A DNA stretch of 63,326 nucleotides, the filler included, from Cercozoa sp. M6MM (Eukaryota > Protista > Endomyxa: Ascetosporea): the NCBI GenBank assembly GCA_040357565.1. It is 11 parts of 11 records of this genome, joined end to end, with 100 filler letters (N's around TTAATTAATTAA, not from the genome) between each part and the next. Parts side by side here need not be neighbours in the genome. Positions count along the whole stretch, not along the records: positions 1 to 15,041 come from JBDODJ010000313.1; positions 15,142 to 20,976 come from JBDODJ010000839.1; positions 21,077 to 26,313 come from JBDODJ010000940.1; 8 more parts are not named here. One strand, given 5' to 3'. The translations under genes and the position numbers were made by a program. Positions 12,599 through 25,145 of the stretch are shown piece after piece (within the stretch, counting starts at the first letter, position 1; the number at the start of each line of letters is the position of its first letter). The notes beneath the pieces were generated by a model. It was not told where the DNA came from and did no database searches. It was given only the letters and a program-made list of their open reading frames with translations.

Positions 12599-13790
12599 AA
12601 GCCTGGGATGGAGAGGAGAAGGTAACCAGGAAACAGAGTTACAACATGTGCATGACACTCGACGTCACTTGGTCCAAGTCGTCGTTCGTCCTGATCTAGG
12701 TACCAGACCGCCCCTTTAAGAAAAGTAAAAAGTGGCTACAATGCTGAGTAGTACCGTCAGTTGTTCCAGCGGTCCGAGTCGACGCGACAGTCGAATCGCC
12801 TTCAACAACGTCGCGTTGTCGCCCGTCTTGTTCTCCACCGACTGCATGGGACATAGTGTAACATGGGGGGGGGGGAGGAGGTAAGCCGGAGGGGGGGGGG
12901 GGTAAAGCAGAAGGAGAAACCTCGCCCGTTAAGATCGTGCGCAGCGAACGCTTCAGTTCGCCCTTATGCTCGAACAACACATCGCAACTGAGGTAAAAGG
13001 TAGGGGGTCAGAAAGGTAAAGAGCAAATATAAGCAGGAATAAAAGAAGGCAAGGGGTGGGGGGGGGGGGGGGGGGNNNNNNNNNNNNNNNNNNNNNNNNN
13101 NNNNNNNNNNNNNNNNNNNNNNNNNNNNNNNNNNNNNNNNNNNNNNNNNNNNNNNNNNNNNNNNNNNNNNNNNNNAACTACCGCAGGATGTATTTGTAGC
13201 CACGTTCGACAGTGTCGCCGGCGTGAATAACATCGTGCGGAAACAACAAGGCCGCGCCTGTCTGAGGCACGTGACGCAGTTTGATATTCTGCCTGTGGAA
13301 ACACCCATTAATTAAAGGGGTTCTTTATTAAGATACCCATTAATTAAGGGGGTGGCAAAAACAGCTGGCCACACAGTAGACACAGTTAGCTCGAGAACTG
13401 GTACCCAGGTACAACGTGCGAGATGCTCGTGTCCTGGTAGAACACGGTGTGTCCGCCCTCGCAGTCTTGGTTCAGGTACACCAGCAGAGTCATTGCCGAC
13501 TCAATGCCCGGTGCCTACAGAGACAGAGACACAGCGGATATGTAGTAGGGGGACAAGGAATAAGTTGGCTAAGAGGTAGGGGGAGTACTGCAACAAAGGC
13601 ACTGTCGCGGTGTGGAGAAAACTTATCGCCTGGGTCTACATTTATCGACTCTCAGGAAGGAAGACAAGAAGGAAGCCAGTTCAACTTGTTTACCATATTT
13701 TGTGATGCGCAGCATCGGGTTTATTCCGCAAGGTTCCCACCTGGTCGACTTCCTACCATGCAACCAATATATAATATTAAATTATGTCAA

Positions 13791-13858
<68 letters not shown>

Positions 13859-15041
13859 CAGAGAGATATAATACAGAAAAGTAGAGAGAGTACTCGTGGC
13901 CGAAAGGAACCATGCCTTGCTTTTCCGTTCGGTTGAAAAGTGGAGACAGGCGTTGCCACATCACATCTATCTCAAGATCCCCATACATAGGGTAAACTTA
14001 CAAGGGGGGGAGGGCAATCATGCATACTGGTACCTACAAACTCTGGCGCCAGCATGAGGAAGCGTTTGCCGCTACGGTAGTGCTGTGGGTACTCTTGTGA
14101 CAGCGGCAACAGTCCTGTGCAAATGATACGACATCGAGATCAAGTACGACATGAGGTTGGAGAAAATGAGATACGGCTTCCAGCGTTTGTCTCGGCTGCC
14201 TCGATCAATTGCTACACAGCAGACAGGTACAACACATCGTTTGTAAAGTTAAAACACGGTACGCGGCACTCGTGCTGCGACAGGAAGTTGTCGATGCGAA
14301 TGCCGCATCGCGCAGGCCGCGATGAAACATCCGTCTCGATGCGAGTTCGAGGAAAATGCCTCTGCATTTCGATCAGGTCTAATATGGGCGATCCACTGCA
14401 ATCTTGGTGTAAATGTTCCCTTGCTCACTGCAATGTCTTAAATCTACTACAGCTCGACGTTGCGATTGTTTTTCTTTTTTTTTTAAGTGAGAGGTTTAAT
14501 CCAGTACAGTAGTTCCTGGTTCGTTCGTTCCTATCGAACTGTACAATTGTACGCCACAGTTACTCGGTCTTGTGCAACACCGGTTCGTGCTGGTAGCCGG
14601 CCTCATGCAGCAGTTGCTTCAGTTGTCCGAGCGTCATGCCCTCCTTCTTTTTCGTCTTGGTCTTCTTCTTCTTCTTCTTCTTCTTCTTGGGCTTTTCCAT
14701 TTCAGGTCGACTCTTTTCAGAAACAGCAGTGTCTTCGGAAACAGCAGTGTCTTCGGAAACAGCCGTTTCTTCGGAAACAACAGTGTCTTCGGAAACAACA
14801 GTGTCTGTGAACAGGACCGTCTCCGGTTGTTGTTGTTGTTGTTCCGGTTGTTCTTGTTGTTGTTGTTCCAGTTGTTCTTGTTCCAGTTGTTGTTGTTGTT
14901 CTGGTTGTTGTTCTTGTTCAAGTTGTTGTTGTTGTTCTTGTTGTTGATGTTGTTCCAGTTGTTGTTGTTGTTCCAGTTGTTGTTCTTCTTGTTGTTGTTG
15001 TTCTTCTTGTTGTTGCTGCTGTTGTTGTTGTTCTTGTTGTT
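7446..15041 (-). CDS. Multidomain protein: 2OG-Fe(II) dioxygenase (P4H-like) + F-box + divergent actin-like domain; 5' end beyond the scaffold edge
   Basis: Manual splicing keeps one frame: IDNFLSQHEC..WEPCGINPMLRITKYDPGDKFSPHRD..MTLLVYLNQDCEGGHTVF..PQTGAALLFPHDVIHAGDTVERGYKYILRCDVLF (HxD...H); LLRHVAVFVKDADVAAMARTCRHWHEAL..SLWKRKF (F-box); PLLLVKP..LMTQLM..EAPVLTALASGRESALV..VVVSGGVTLQDGFDDMLKAAL..EVIAPTRVRRLRANVIGARLFVS (actin motifs). Acidic DDSS tail, TGA at 7446-7448. Confidence 0.75.
14720..15041 (-). repeat. Coding low-complexity repeats: 18-bp (EDTAVS)n units and EQQQQ/CAA tracts
   Basis: cagcagtgtcttcggaaa-like units and gttgttgttgttc arrays are visible. Confidence 0.8.
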
Positions 15042-15141
15042 NNNNNNNNNNNNNNNNNNNNNNNNNNNNNNNNNNNNNNNNNNNNTTAATTAATTAANNN
15101 NNNNNNNNNNNNNNNNNNNNNNNNNNNNNNNNNNNNNNNNN
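15042..15141. other. Artificial contig-joining spacer (N-ttaattaattaa-N); recurs near 20977, 26314, 30432, 35673, 38466, 40191, 46671, 58095 and 61649
   Basis: Identical palindromic 12-mer carrying stops in all six frames, embedded in N runs. Confidence 0.97.
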
Positions 15142-15269
15142 TTACCCCCCCTTTTACCCCCATGTATACCCCCTTACCCCCTTCTACGTATACCCCATGT
15201 ATACCCCCCATGTAAACCCCATGTATACCCCCCATGTACACCCCATCTTCACCCCCATGTATACCCCCA

Positions 15270-17346
15270 GGCAAGGTACCGACGCTGCTCGAGCATGTGC
15301 AGGCGCATGGGTGCCAACTGATCCAGCGGCACCGTGGTTGACACGTGCTCAGTGACACCGTCAGTATCAGTGACAGTATCAGTATCAGTGGCACTGTCCA
15401 AGACACCGTCCGTGACACCGTCGCTGCCGCAGTCGCGTCGCACACGTGCCGCTGCCTGCGTCAACCTCTGTGCGCACGGGGGGTAAGGGGTAAAGGGGTA
15501 AAGAGGTAGGGGGCAGGGAGGGGTAGGGGTAGGGGGCAGGGGTAGGCAGGGGTAGGGGCAGGGGTAGGGAGGGGTAGGGGTAGGGGTAGGGGCAGGGAGG
15601 GGGTAGGGGGCAGGGGTAGGGGGTAGGGGGGTAGGGGGGTAAGGTACCCCGGCCTGTCTTACGACACTGGCGACGCGATCGACGAAATCCGCCGCCGTCA
15701 CTCGCACCGTCTGATCGGTCACACAGTCACATAGTCACACAGTCACACCGTCACACCGTCACACAGTCACATAGTCACCGTCACAGTCTCACAGTGGTAT
15801 CACTCAGACTCGGGGGTGGGGGGGGGGGGGGCAAAAGTGAGTGTCTACCGCAACGCGACGTCGCGTGTCACTGCCGACGGTGTCGACCGACGTCTGATCG
15901 GTATCATCACTGGCACGACGGTGACCACTGTGATTGGTATCAGTAGTGATCGCAACCGTCGCTGATGGCGAAACCGTCGCTGCTGGAGCAAGTGTCACGG
16001 TGGCACCGACGGTGCGATACTTTTTCGACGACGGTTTCCGCGTCAGCGCGGACGGTTGCCGCATCAGCGCGGACGGTTGCCGCATCAGCGCGGACGGTTT
16101 CGCCAGACGACTCAGCACGGGCGACTGACGCTGCAGACCCGCCCGTCGGAACACGTGCTCGTCCACGAAGACCAAGTCGCGCGACGCCGCCGCCGCGAAC
16201 TCCAGCAACACGCTGCGTGCCGGCCACGACACCTGCCCACGGCATAGGGGGGTAAACAGGGGGGGTACGAAGGGGCGGCAAACAGCAGGCTAAGTAGCCA
16301 ATAAAAAACCGGGTNNNNNNNNNNNNNNNNNNNNNNNNNNNNNNNNNNNNNNNNNNNNNNNNNNNNNNNNNNNNNNNNNNNNNNNNNNNNNNNNNNNNNN
16401 NNNNNNNNNNNNNNAACAGGGGGGTAAACAGGGGGGTAAACAGGGGGGGTAAACAGGGGGTGAACAGGGGGGTAAGCAGGGGGTGAACAGGGGGGTAAAC
16501 AGGGGGGTAAACAGGGGCGGGAGGAACCTGAGCAGCCAGCGAACGCCGCAAGCGCCGCAAGCGCCGCAGATCGATCGTGAAGCACCCGAGTGAGTACTCC
16601 GCACTCGCTTCGCTTTGCGCAAAGCTTTGCGAAGTGCTTTGCGAAGTGCCTCGCGCAACGAAGCGCAACTCAAAGCGATCACACGAGCGCAGACGAAACG
16701 GCACACGCACGTCGGTGCAGTCCTGATCGGCCTCGAACTCAAAGGTCGGTTCGCTTGTCGCTCGCACCTCGCTTCGCGCTATCTCGTTCTCCGGCGTCGC
16801 TCTCTCGAGCTTCGTCGCTGCTTCGTCTGTTTCGCGCGTTTTCTCCTCGCTTTCGTCGACTTTCGACGCGTGCTCGCTCAGCTGCACATCGATTTCGCCC
16901 GCTTCCTCCAGCTTCGCTTCGCTTTCGTCGCAAAGCTTTTCGTCTCTCGCGGCTTCTTCGCTAATTTCGGGCTTTGCTTCGCGGTATTTCGCATCGGCGA
17001 CTTCAGTTTCGGCGGATTTCGGCATATCGCTGCGAAGTTCACTCGCGTCGCTCTTGTCGCTCTTGTCGCTCTTGCTGCCGGCAGCAGCAAATCGAGAAGA
17101 CGACTCCGGCAGCGCCACTATCGTCAAACGCACATCCACCGGCGCTCCGAGTGGCAACGCACACAGCGAGACACGTCGCAGCTGCCAGATGCGCGGCTGC
17201 TGCGACAACTCGAGCATCGCGAGCCGCACAAACGATCAACCCACAAGGGAGCTTGTGCTCTTGGTCTCAACTGCGCCTACCAACACACTTCTCGTTGCCC
17301 CTGGCTATCACCACACACCTGTGCACTCCTTCAGCATCGCTCATTA
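15270..17346 (-). CDS. Hypothetical protein with an E/K-rich insert (3' partial)
   Basis: Long open exon (about 16528-17240, RLAMLELSQQPRIWQLRRV..EYSLGCFTIDLRRL) plus further GT-AG-bounded exons. No family recognised. Confidence 0.5.
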
Positions 17347-17440
17347 ATGTTTCGAGCACAGTTTAATGCTTTAAAATTCAAACCGGCGTTTCGGGACCAA
17401 ATGACGACGTTTTAGACGAAAAAACGTGCGTCCCGCTGTC

Positions 17441-19722
17441 ATGGCAGATGTGGTTGATCTAAGGGCGACTCCTACGCCCAAACGAGTGACTTTTGATCTG
17501 CCGCCCGACGAGAATGATCCCTCGCTCACTTTTGCGCGCACGGGTCATGTGACCTCGGAAGTGCCTTCCGCGCGGAGGAGCGCGCGGATGACCCCGGCCG
17601 AGAAACGCGCGGCCATGTTGCGCGCAGTGCAGCGGCAGAGACCGCAGGCGCAGTTCTTGGGCGCCTCGACGTCAACAGTGGTTCCGAGGCACGCCTCGTC
17701 GTCGCCTGGTAGTTTCTCGTAGTTGTCTCTGTCCGCGCGGACAGTGAAAATGCCGTTTTTCAACAGCGACCAATGAGGAAGTCGATCGCGTCCGCGCGGA
17801 GAGGCGAAAAACGCAGAGATTTCGCGGACGCATTCTGCTGCCTGTGACGTTGGGTATTGCTGTTTACCCCCCTGTATACCCCCCTGTTTGCCCCCCTGTT
17901 TACCCTCCTGCTTACCCCCCTGTATACCCCTTCTTACCTCCTTGTTTACCTCCTGTTTATTTTTCTGTTTATCTTTCTGTTTACCCCCTCTTTACCCCGT
18001 ACCCTCTCGTACTTCCTCTATACCCCTCCCCGTGTATGTTCAGTTGGACCGGCACTGGTGTATGTGCACATGCTGCATGTGACTCAATACAGCACGGTGT
18101 TGCTGCTGCTGTCGCTGCCACTCGTTGGTAGAGTCTACCCTCTTATTCCCTACCCCCTTCCCTCCCCTTCACACCTACCCTCCTTCCCCATGTAGTGCTG
18201 TACCTAGTGTCGGCATGGAGGGCAGCGCTGACTTCGCCGGGTCGTGTCGATCGTGCCTGGGCTGACATGGACAGGTCTATATTTCCTATGTATTGTGTGT
18301 ATGTATGTATGTATGTATATATGTATATGTATGTATGTATGTATGTATGTCTGTCTGTCTGTATGTATGTATGCATGTGTGTATGCATATGTGTGTGTAT
18401 GTATGTCTGTATGTATGTATGTATGTGTGTGTGTATGTATGTATGTATGTATGTATGTATGTATGTCTGTATGTATGTCTGTAATGTATGTATGTATGTC
18501 TGTCTGTGTATTGCACAGTGAGTCAGGCCAGGTGCGCATGTCGACCGAGACGCAGAGACACCTGTGCATCGACGTGAGCGACCTAGTCGTCGAGGACACC
18601 GCCATGTGTCGATATTGCTCCTTAATGTACTTTACCCCTACCCCACTCCTTACCCCTTACCCCCCCCCCCGGTAGCAAGCCCAACCGGGCGCACCACTGC
18701 AGCGTATGCGACCACTGTGTGCTCAAGTACGACCACCACTGCATGTGGCTCAACAACTGCATCGGACACGCCAACTACAAGTACTTTGTGCTCATGCTGT
18801 TCTACATGGCACTCGTCTCGCTCCTCTCGGCCGTGTCGCATGCCGTCTTCCTGGTCACTACGACCGACCCCTCTGTTCATACGGTAAGCCGCACATCCAC
18901 CTCTGCATGTTTACACAATGCACTTGCCTTGACATAGGCAACCTTTGTCTCGTCGGCCTTGTGCACTCTGCTGTCGGTGTTTGCCTTGCTGTTCTCGTGT
19001 GCTCTGGGCCGTTTCCACTGGTTTGACCTCTCTCTCTCTCTTCCTGTCTGTGTCTACTGTGGAACGACACGAACTCTACCGAAACACAGGCTGAAAGGAG
19101 TGCCGAAAAACATGACGAGTGTTGAATTGGCGAAACAAGAGTTTCGCCTTGCTCAGGCCGATCACTGTACTCTCACATACCCTTACTCTCTCTCTATATC
19201 TCTCTCTCTATATATCTCTCTCTATATATCTCTCTCTATATCTCTCTATATATATCTCTATATGTTTATTTCTCTCTATATTTATTTCTCTCTCTATCAA
19301 TCTCTATCTGTGCTGTGGTCTTTTTAGTGGGCGTTCCGGTGCAGCCTGTCAGTCTGTATGACGATGGACTGGCTCGCAATCTTCGTCAAGTGCTTGGACA
19401 GCACCTGTGGCAGTGGTTGCTGCCCTATGATGTGTCACAACAGCACTTCAGTCGTGGTACTGTCTCTTTCTGTCTCCTTCTTTCACTTTATCTCTGTGTT
19501 TATTGTGTTGACTCCATAGGCTACATCTGGCCCACCAGTGAAACTGCAGTGCAGCGTATCGAATTGCAGGAACAGGTACCGAAATTGCTGTCGTACTTGA
19601 CTTGCTTAGTACAGCAAAGTGTCTTTCTGTCACCAGAGAGTGAAACAAGCACTCGAAGACAGCTGGCAAGCTTCCGGACTCACGTCGAGCTCATGATTGT
19701 ACAGCGCACATTTTTCGTTTAA
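17441..19722 (+). CDS. DHHC zinc-finger palmitoyltransferase
   Basis: Spliced [50 protein letters not shown], flanking transmembrane segments, TSVE (TTxE-like) motif and [18 protein letters not shown]. Confidence 0.95.
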
Positions 19723-19993
19723 TTTTGACCCCCCGTCCGGCCGTTGGCTAGTCAGTTCGTTTAGTCCACTAAGAAACCAACTATGTAGTTTCCTTGTCCC
19801 AGTCCGGGGGGGGGGGGGAATTATTAAAAGGTCGAAAGCGGAGGGAGATCTAGAGAGCAATCGAATCGAATTCAACGCAACGAACAACTAACTGATGAGT
19901 ATTAACGCAATCCACCTGACATGTAGATGAGTTTCGTTCGGTTCAAACTTCAGTTTGTTGCAGTCATTCAGTTGAAAACGCGACTGGAATTTC

Positions 19994-20976
19994 ATGACTT
20001 TCATGCTTGCTGAGCTTGATGTCGAACGGCTCGGGCTAGAGCTCGCATACATTGAGCTGCCGAGATTCAGGCTGGAACCGACCCCTGTCGACTTGACCCA
20101 AACTATCTGGTCCGCTGGTCGTGATGCGAGTAACTTAATTTTTGCTTCGAGACACAGGATGAATGGGCTAAAGTGCTGTCTGACCATGTTGCACGAGAGC
20201 GAAGCACAGCCAGATCTCTCGTGGCTCGAGTGAGTTTCCACTCACTAATACAGCCGAGTTCACCCACCGAAAACACAAACACCTTTGATCAGTTTCGGGC
20301 TGTGTCCTCGACTTCACTTAGTTTCGGTTGTCTGAACAGGGAAGCGCTCGACCTTTTAGATAACGCGTCAAGGCGCTCACCCGAGGGATTGGTCTCTCTG
20401 CGGTCAGGCTGGCGCAGTGATGTTCAAAAAGCAATGCAACTTTTGCTGGCACGTCGTCTCGATGCAAGAGCTTGGTTGGAGCTTCGAAACCCTCTGTACA
20501 CTCTGATATTCACACTGTACGGACTGCATCTTGCTGCTTCGGCCACGGTAAGTCGAACTTCTCAGTTTTGCTCAATCGCTTCAATCAGTTCAGTTTAGTG
20601 ATGTGAACTCCGATCAGATGACGAAAGAAGCCGACGCATTTTTCGAAGAGTACTTTGATAAAGCTCCGCCTCTCGACATGGAGTTACTGGGCGAACCCAG
20701 TTCTCTCGTGCAGAGCGTCATTGTGATGAACTCGGACGAAAGTACCGGCAGCAGTATTTCTGAATCCTGTGCTTTCACGGTGGCAGAGCAAAGAGAGCGA
20801 TACTCGCGCACGCAGCACTGGCTTCATCCATTGTTTTGGGGCTCTCAACACTGCAACGTGACCACGTTTCGCTGGCTCGTCTTGATTCCATGGCAGACCT
20901 TTCGCAACCTCGACTACGAGGGCACAGATGTACAACTTGATTACAGTATGTAACATTGTCTTCTAGGCCGCCCCGC
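19994..20976 (+). CDS. Hypothetical protein (multi-exon, 3' partial)
   Basis: Three consecutive open exons (about 19994-20229, 20293-20547, 20594-20920) separated by short GT-AG introns. No family recognised. Confidence 0.45.
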
Positions 20977-21101
20977 NNNNNNNNNNNNNNNNNNNNNNNN
21001 NNNNNNNNNNNNNNNNNNNNTTAATTAATTAANNNNNNNNNNNNNNNNNNNNNNNNNNNNNNNNNNNNNNNNNNNNCCCCCCCCCGACCTCCATGTGCAG
21101 A

Positions 21102-21827
21102 GGACCCAGACGAGTCGCATCACAGGCATCTGCGGTCGCACCAGTGCGAAATCATTGGCGATGTGCTGCATCATGATGTGGTAGTCTTACTCCCTTCTCC
21201 CCTCCCTCTTACTGCCCTACCCTCACCCCTACCCTCTTACCCCCTACCCTCTTACTGCCCTACCCTCTTACTGCCCTACCCTCTTACCCCCTGCCCTCTT
21301 ACCCCCTACCCTATTACCCCCGCCCTCTTACCCCACCCCCGGCAGATCCTGGTGGACGACATGATCGATACGGGCAGTCGCGTGGTGGCGGCGGCCAAGG
21401 CGTGCGTCCGCGCGGGTGCACTGCGCGTCTTTTGCGTCTGCACGCACGGACTCTTCAGCGGCGAGGCGGCGCGCGATTTGGCCGAGTCGCCCATCGAACA
21501 GATCATTGTTGCCGACACGATTCCGCTCAGTGAGGAGGTGTGTTTCTGCCCCCTTACCCCCTATAGACTCCCTTATCCCCCCTCCTTCCTTACCCTTAAC
21601 ACTCCCCACCCCTCTTTATCTCATCTGACCCCCCCTCCGCAGGTGCTCGAGCAGTCGTCGGATAAAATTCGCGTTGTGTGAGTTTTTCCAACAAATTCGT
21701 GGTACCGTTGAAACTGAGAGTGACTGTTTTTGGGGGACTGCACAGTTCGATCGCGCCGCTGCTGGCCGAGGCGATTCGACGCATGCAGCAGGACCAGACG
21801 CTGTCGGTCCTCGAGTCCAGTGTTTAA
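21102..21827 (+). CDS. PRS: Ribose-phosphate pyrophosphokinase (PRPP synthetase), 3' part
   Basis: IIGDV..ILVDDMIDTGSRVVAAAKACVRAGALRVFCVCTHGLFSGEA..IEQIIVADTIP..KIRVV..IAPLLAEAIRRMQQDQTLSVL. Confidence 0.93.
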
Positions 21828-22169
21828 TTGATTCGTCCCCGTTTTTCCAATCGCCTCGCCTCCGCCTCGCATTTCTATTTATTGCGCCATAGCACACCCG
21901 TCCTTCCGGGATTTTGTAAAAATTAACTTCCCCCGAACGATGCTATTGTCTCGTCTGTTCCTTCAGGGCAGCGGACACTTTCGGCTCGCGAGCCGGAGCC
22001 GTAGCGCAAAGCACGCCCATCAAGCACTACGCTCGGCTAAGAACGGTTGCTAGATTCTGCAAACCTATAGAGTCCATCAGAACTCTTACATAAACGCCTG
22101 ACGGTAGCTTTTGAGCACAAAAAATAAAATGCCAGATTTTTTTGCTGATCAGCAGTTTTCTTTTTGCAG

Positions 22170-22862
22170 ATGACGGAAATCAACGTGAACTTGCTTGTTC
22201 ACGTGCTGAACCTTTCTGTGGCCGTCACTACGGTGATGGGTACCGTGGTTGTTCTTGCTTGCGAAAGAACGCTGACTGAGGCGTGAAAACTGTAGGCGGC
22301 ATCTGGATGTTTGGAGGCAACTTTGAAAGTGTCGTTCTTGGAGTCTATGTCATGTACGGCTGTGCTCTTTCGAAAGATAGACTTGCTGGAAGATATCTTT
22401 GGTCTGACAGCATCTTTGGCGTGATGATTGCCTTGAGTTCGTTCATGGTGCCGGGCTTCCTGGCCGCCATCATGTCCTACATGCGATCGTTCTTTGGGTG
22501 CACTGTCTCTCTGCCTGGTGCCTTCTTCCCGTCTGTGTAGTGTTTGTGTTGTCGCAGTCGCGGTCTTTTCTTTGTCTTCTGCGGCACCATCATCATGCCA
22601 GAGCCTTCAGAATTCGAGGGTGGTATCGATCGAGTTAGATCTTGCTGTATGCGCGTGCATGTGTCTCTGTATGTGTGCTGTATGTGTGCCTGTATGTGTG
22701 TTTGCAGCCAAGGCGTTTTTCTCGCTCTGGGACATCATCATTGGCGGCATCTTCATCGTGCTCCAGTTTGTCGTGTCCGAGGGCCCGCCGCGGCCACTCA
22801 AGAGCGACGATACCTCTGATCCCTACGCTGCTGGCGACGATATGGCGCAGGGCGAGGACTAG
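22170..22862 (+). CDS. COPI-associated / Tvp15-like Golgi membrane protein
   Basis: Small 3-4 TM protein containing VLGVYV-IFGVMIAL..MRSFFG-RGLFFVFCG, the typical F.GRG.F..F.G motif. Confidence 0.7.
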
Positions 22863-23173
22863 GCCGCCTACGCTAGCTTGCAGTCAACCAGCCTGCTCCT
22901 TTTTAGTTAACTAGAACATTTGTTTTTCAACTGCAAGGACAGTGCACTCTGCCTTCGAACGGACACTGCACCCATCTCGGCATGGGCAGGGGAGCTTTTT
23001 GGGGATCACCTGAGCCGGCCGATGTTTCTCATTGAGCCGATACAACGAAACCTCGACAAACCAGGCGCAGTTAAACCAAAAGTTGCTTTAAAGGTGTTTT
23101 TGTATCTGTTGTTGAAATGAGAGCGCGTCTAAAGTCCCACAGTTCAACCTCAGGGAGCCGAGCCGTTCCAAAG

Positions 23174-23353
23174 TCAGCCGGTTTTGCGCAGGCCCATGAG
23201 GTCGGCGTGCCGCCGCTGGCCGAGGTCGACGCACTTGAGCACGAACTTGCGCGTGGAGTCGCCGAACTGCAGGAGGTCCTTCTCGCGCAGCTCGTAGTAG
23301 CGCCGCTCGTCGAGCTGCTTGCCGTTCAGCTTGGTGCCTGTACACATAAAATC

Positions 23354-23385
<32 letters not shown>

Positions 23386-24719
23386 ATATCCAGGGATATA
23401 TACATATAAAAAAATATATATATATATATGCACGGAGGCAGATCGATGGTGTACCATTGGTAGAGCCTAGATCAAACGCGTAGAGACAGACGCCGTCGGG
23501 CCGCTTGCGGAACTGCAGCACGCAGTGCAGACGCGAACTACCCCATATACATTATTGGTATATATAGTTATACATAGATAGATAGATGGGTAGACAGATA
23601 GATGGGTAGATAGATAGATAGATAGACAGATAGATAGGTAGATAGATGGATAGAAAGATAAAGAAAGATAGATACATGGATAGATAGATAGAGGTAGATA
23701 GATATAGATAAATATAGACAGATACATATATATATATATATCTATAGATAGATAGCTAGATAGATAGATAGCCAGATAGATAGACAGATAGATGGATAGC
23801 CAGATAGACAGATAGATAGGTAGATAGATAGCTAGATAGCTAGATAGATAGATAGCTAGATAGATACACGACACATAAAAACAAAGCAGGATACATGGAG
23901 GCATGTCGCAGCACAATGTCGCACTTATGCTTGCCTGCACCGAGCAGGAAGACACTCTTCTTTTTGAGTGCGTGAGTTTCGGCGTGCTGACCGTTTTTGA
24001 ACTCGTAGAGCCGCCACTCCTGCGACTCAGGCGGAGCCAACGCATCCGCCGGCTCGCGGTACTTGCTCGACATGCTCCGTGCCGCCTCTGCCGCTGTCGC
24101 TCGGACTTTCTTTTTCGCATCATACTTCCGCGCGGCTGGTGCTCCTGTCAGGTAGCCCGACAGCTTCGCGAACTCTGGCTGCTCGCGCGGCCGCTCGTCC
24201 TTCGGCTCATAAAACTTGGACTCCTGCGCCTCGCTTCCCCACTGTCCCCCAACACACGCTCTTTCGAACACCGCTGCTTCACGCTAAATTCGCTCAAACT
24301 CGGCGAAACTACGCGAAATTACGCGAAACTAGCCAAAGCAAGGCGAAATCAAGCGAGCAACCGAAGCGAAAACCCATCGAAGCTCTAGCGAAAAGCAAAG
24401 CAAAGCTCAAGCACAAGCAAAGCGAGAGCGAAACTTAGCGAAATTGAAGCGAAACTCAGCGAAATCGGAGCGAAACTAAGCGAAAGCACTGAAATCAAAA
24501 AGCAAAACCGCTAAAAAACAGAGCAAAACGCAAAAGGAAAAAAGCAAAAGCGATGCGTAAAACTAAAGCTGAAGCCCAAGCGAAACATACCCGATCGCCA
24601 AACTTCTGTGCATCCTGTTCTTCGCGATTTCTGCGTTCAACACGCGCTTCGCGGCGTCCTTTTCGACCTCGATCGCGACTCCGATCGCGGCTGCTGCTTC
24701 GCCTTCTGCCGTGCATCAT
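23174..24719 (-). CDS. SNIP1: SNIP1/Pml1/DAWDLE FHA-domain RES-complex splicing factor
   Basis: RS-rich N-terminus, PEFAKLSGYL, KYREPADA..EWRLYEFKNG..KSVFLLG..DIVLRHAS-SSRLHCVLQFR..DLGSTNGTKLNG..YYELREKDLLQFGDSTRKFVL. Confidence 0.9.
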
Positions 24720-25145
24720 GGGATCAAAAGAAAATTAACTTCATCCCAGACATCTCGTACCTCCTGTCGGGCATCTCGCCTACTAAATTACACTAGTTGT
24801 ACTAACAGCACACGCGAGCGAGGGTACCACGTGAGTTTGGTAGAGCGATTGTTGTGGGTTGATAGGTAGCCCCCTTAACGAAACTCCAAACCGTGCTGTA
24901 GCTTGCTTTCTGAAGTGGCCTGGGGGCGTTCTGGTACAGGAGTGTACAATAGAACGACTAGGGGCCTAAAGTACGGTGGATCGTGCCCGTCGGCGGCCAG
25001 TTTCTGTAAATCCCAGAATTTGCAGTCAGGCGGCGCACATGTTTCGGATGGTGTGCAGGCAGTCTCGTGTGTGACAGTTTTGAGTGTGTGCAGACAGCCG
25101 AGTGGAGAGGAGGCACGAGGAGGCATCAGCGGGGCGGCAGGGGGC

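Noticed and set aside
13303-13352. Duplicated cccattaattaa-gggg motif resembling the spacer
   Set aside because: Local intronic duplication, not flanked by Ns, with no evidence of function.
15086-15097. Recurrent palindrome ttaattaattaa within N runs
   Set aside because: Artificial all-frame-stop spacer. Genes on either side are not true neighbours, so no cross-spacer synteny was inferred.
18280-18515. ORFs such as [22 protein letters not shown] and PLFTPLFT in the ORF track
   Set aside because: Translations of intronic microsatellites.
22860-22862. Possible UAG reassignment, prompted by the RRP40 extension
   Set aside because: The COPI-associated, ABC1 and strumpellin genes end plausibly at TAG, and I found no in-frame TAG inside conserved domains.
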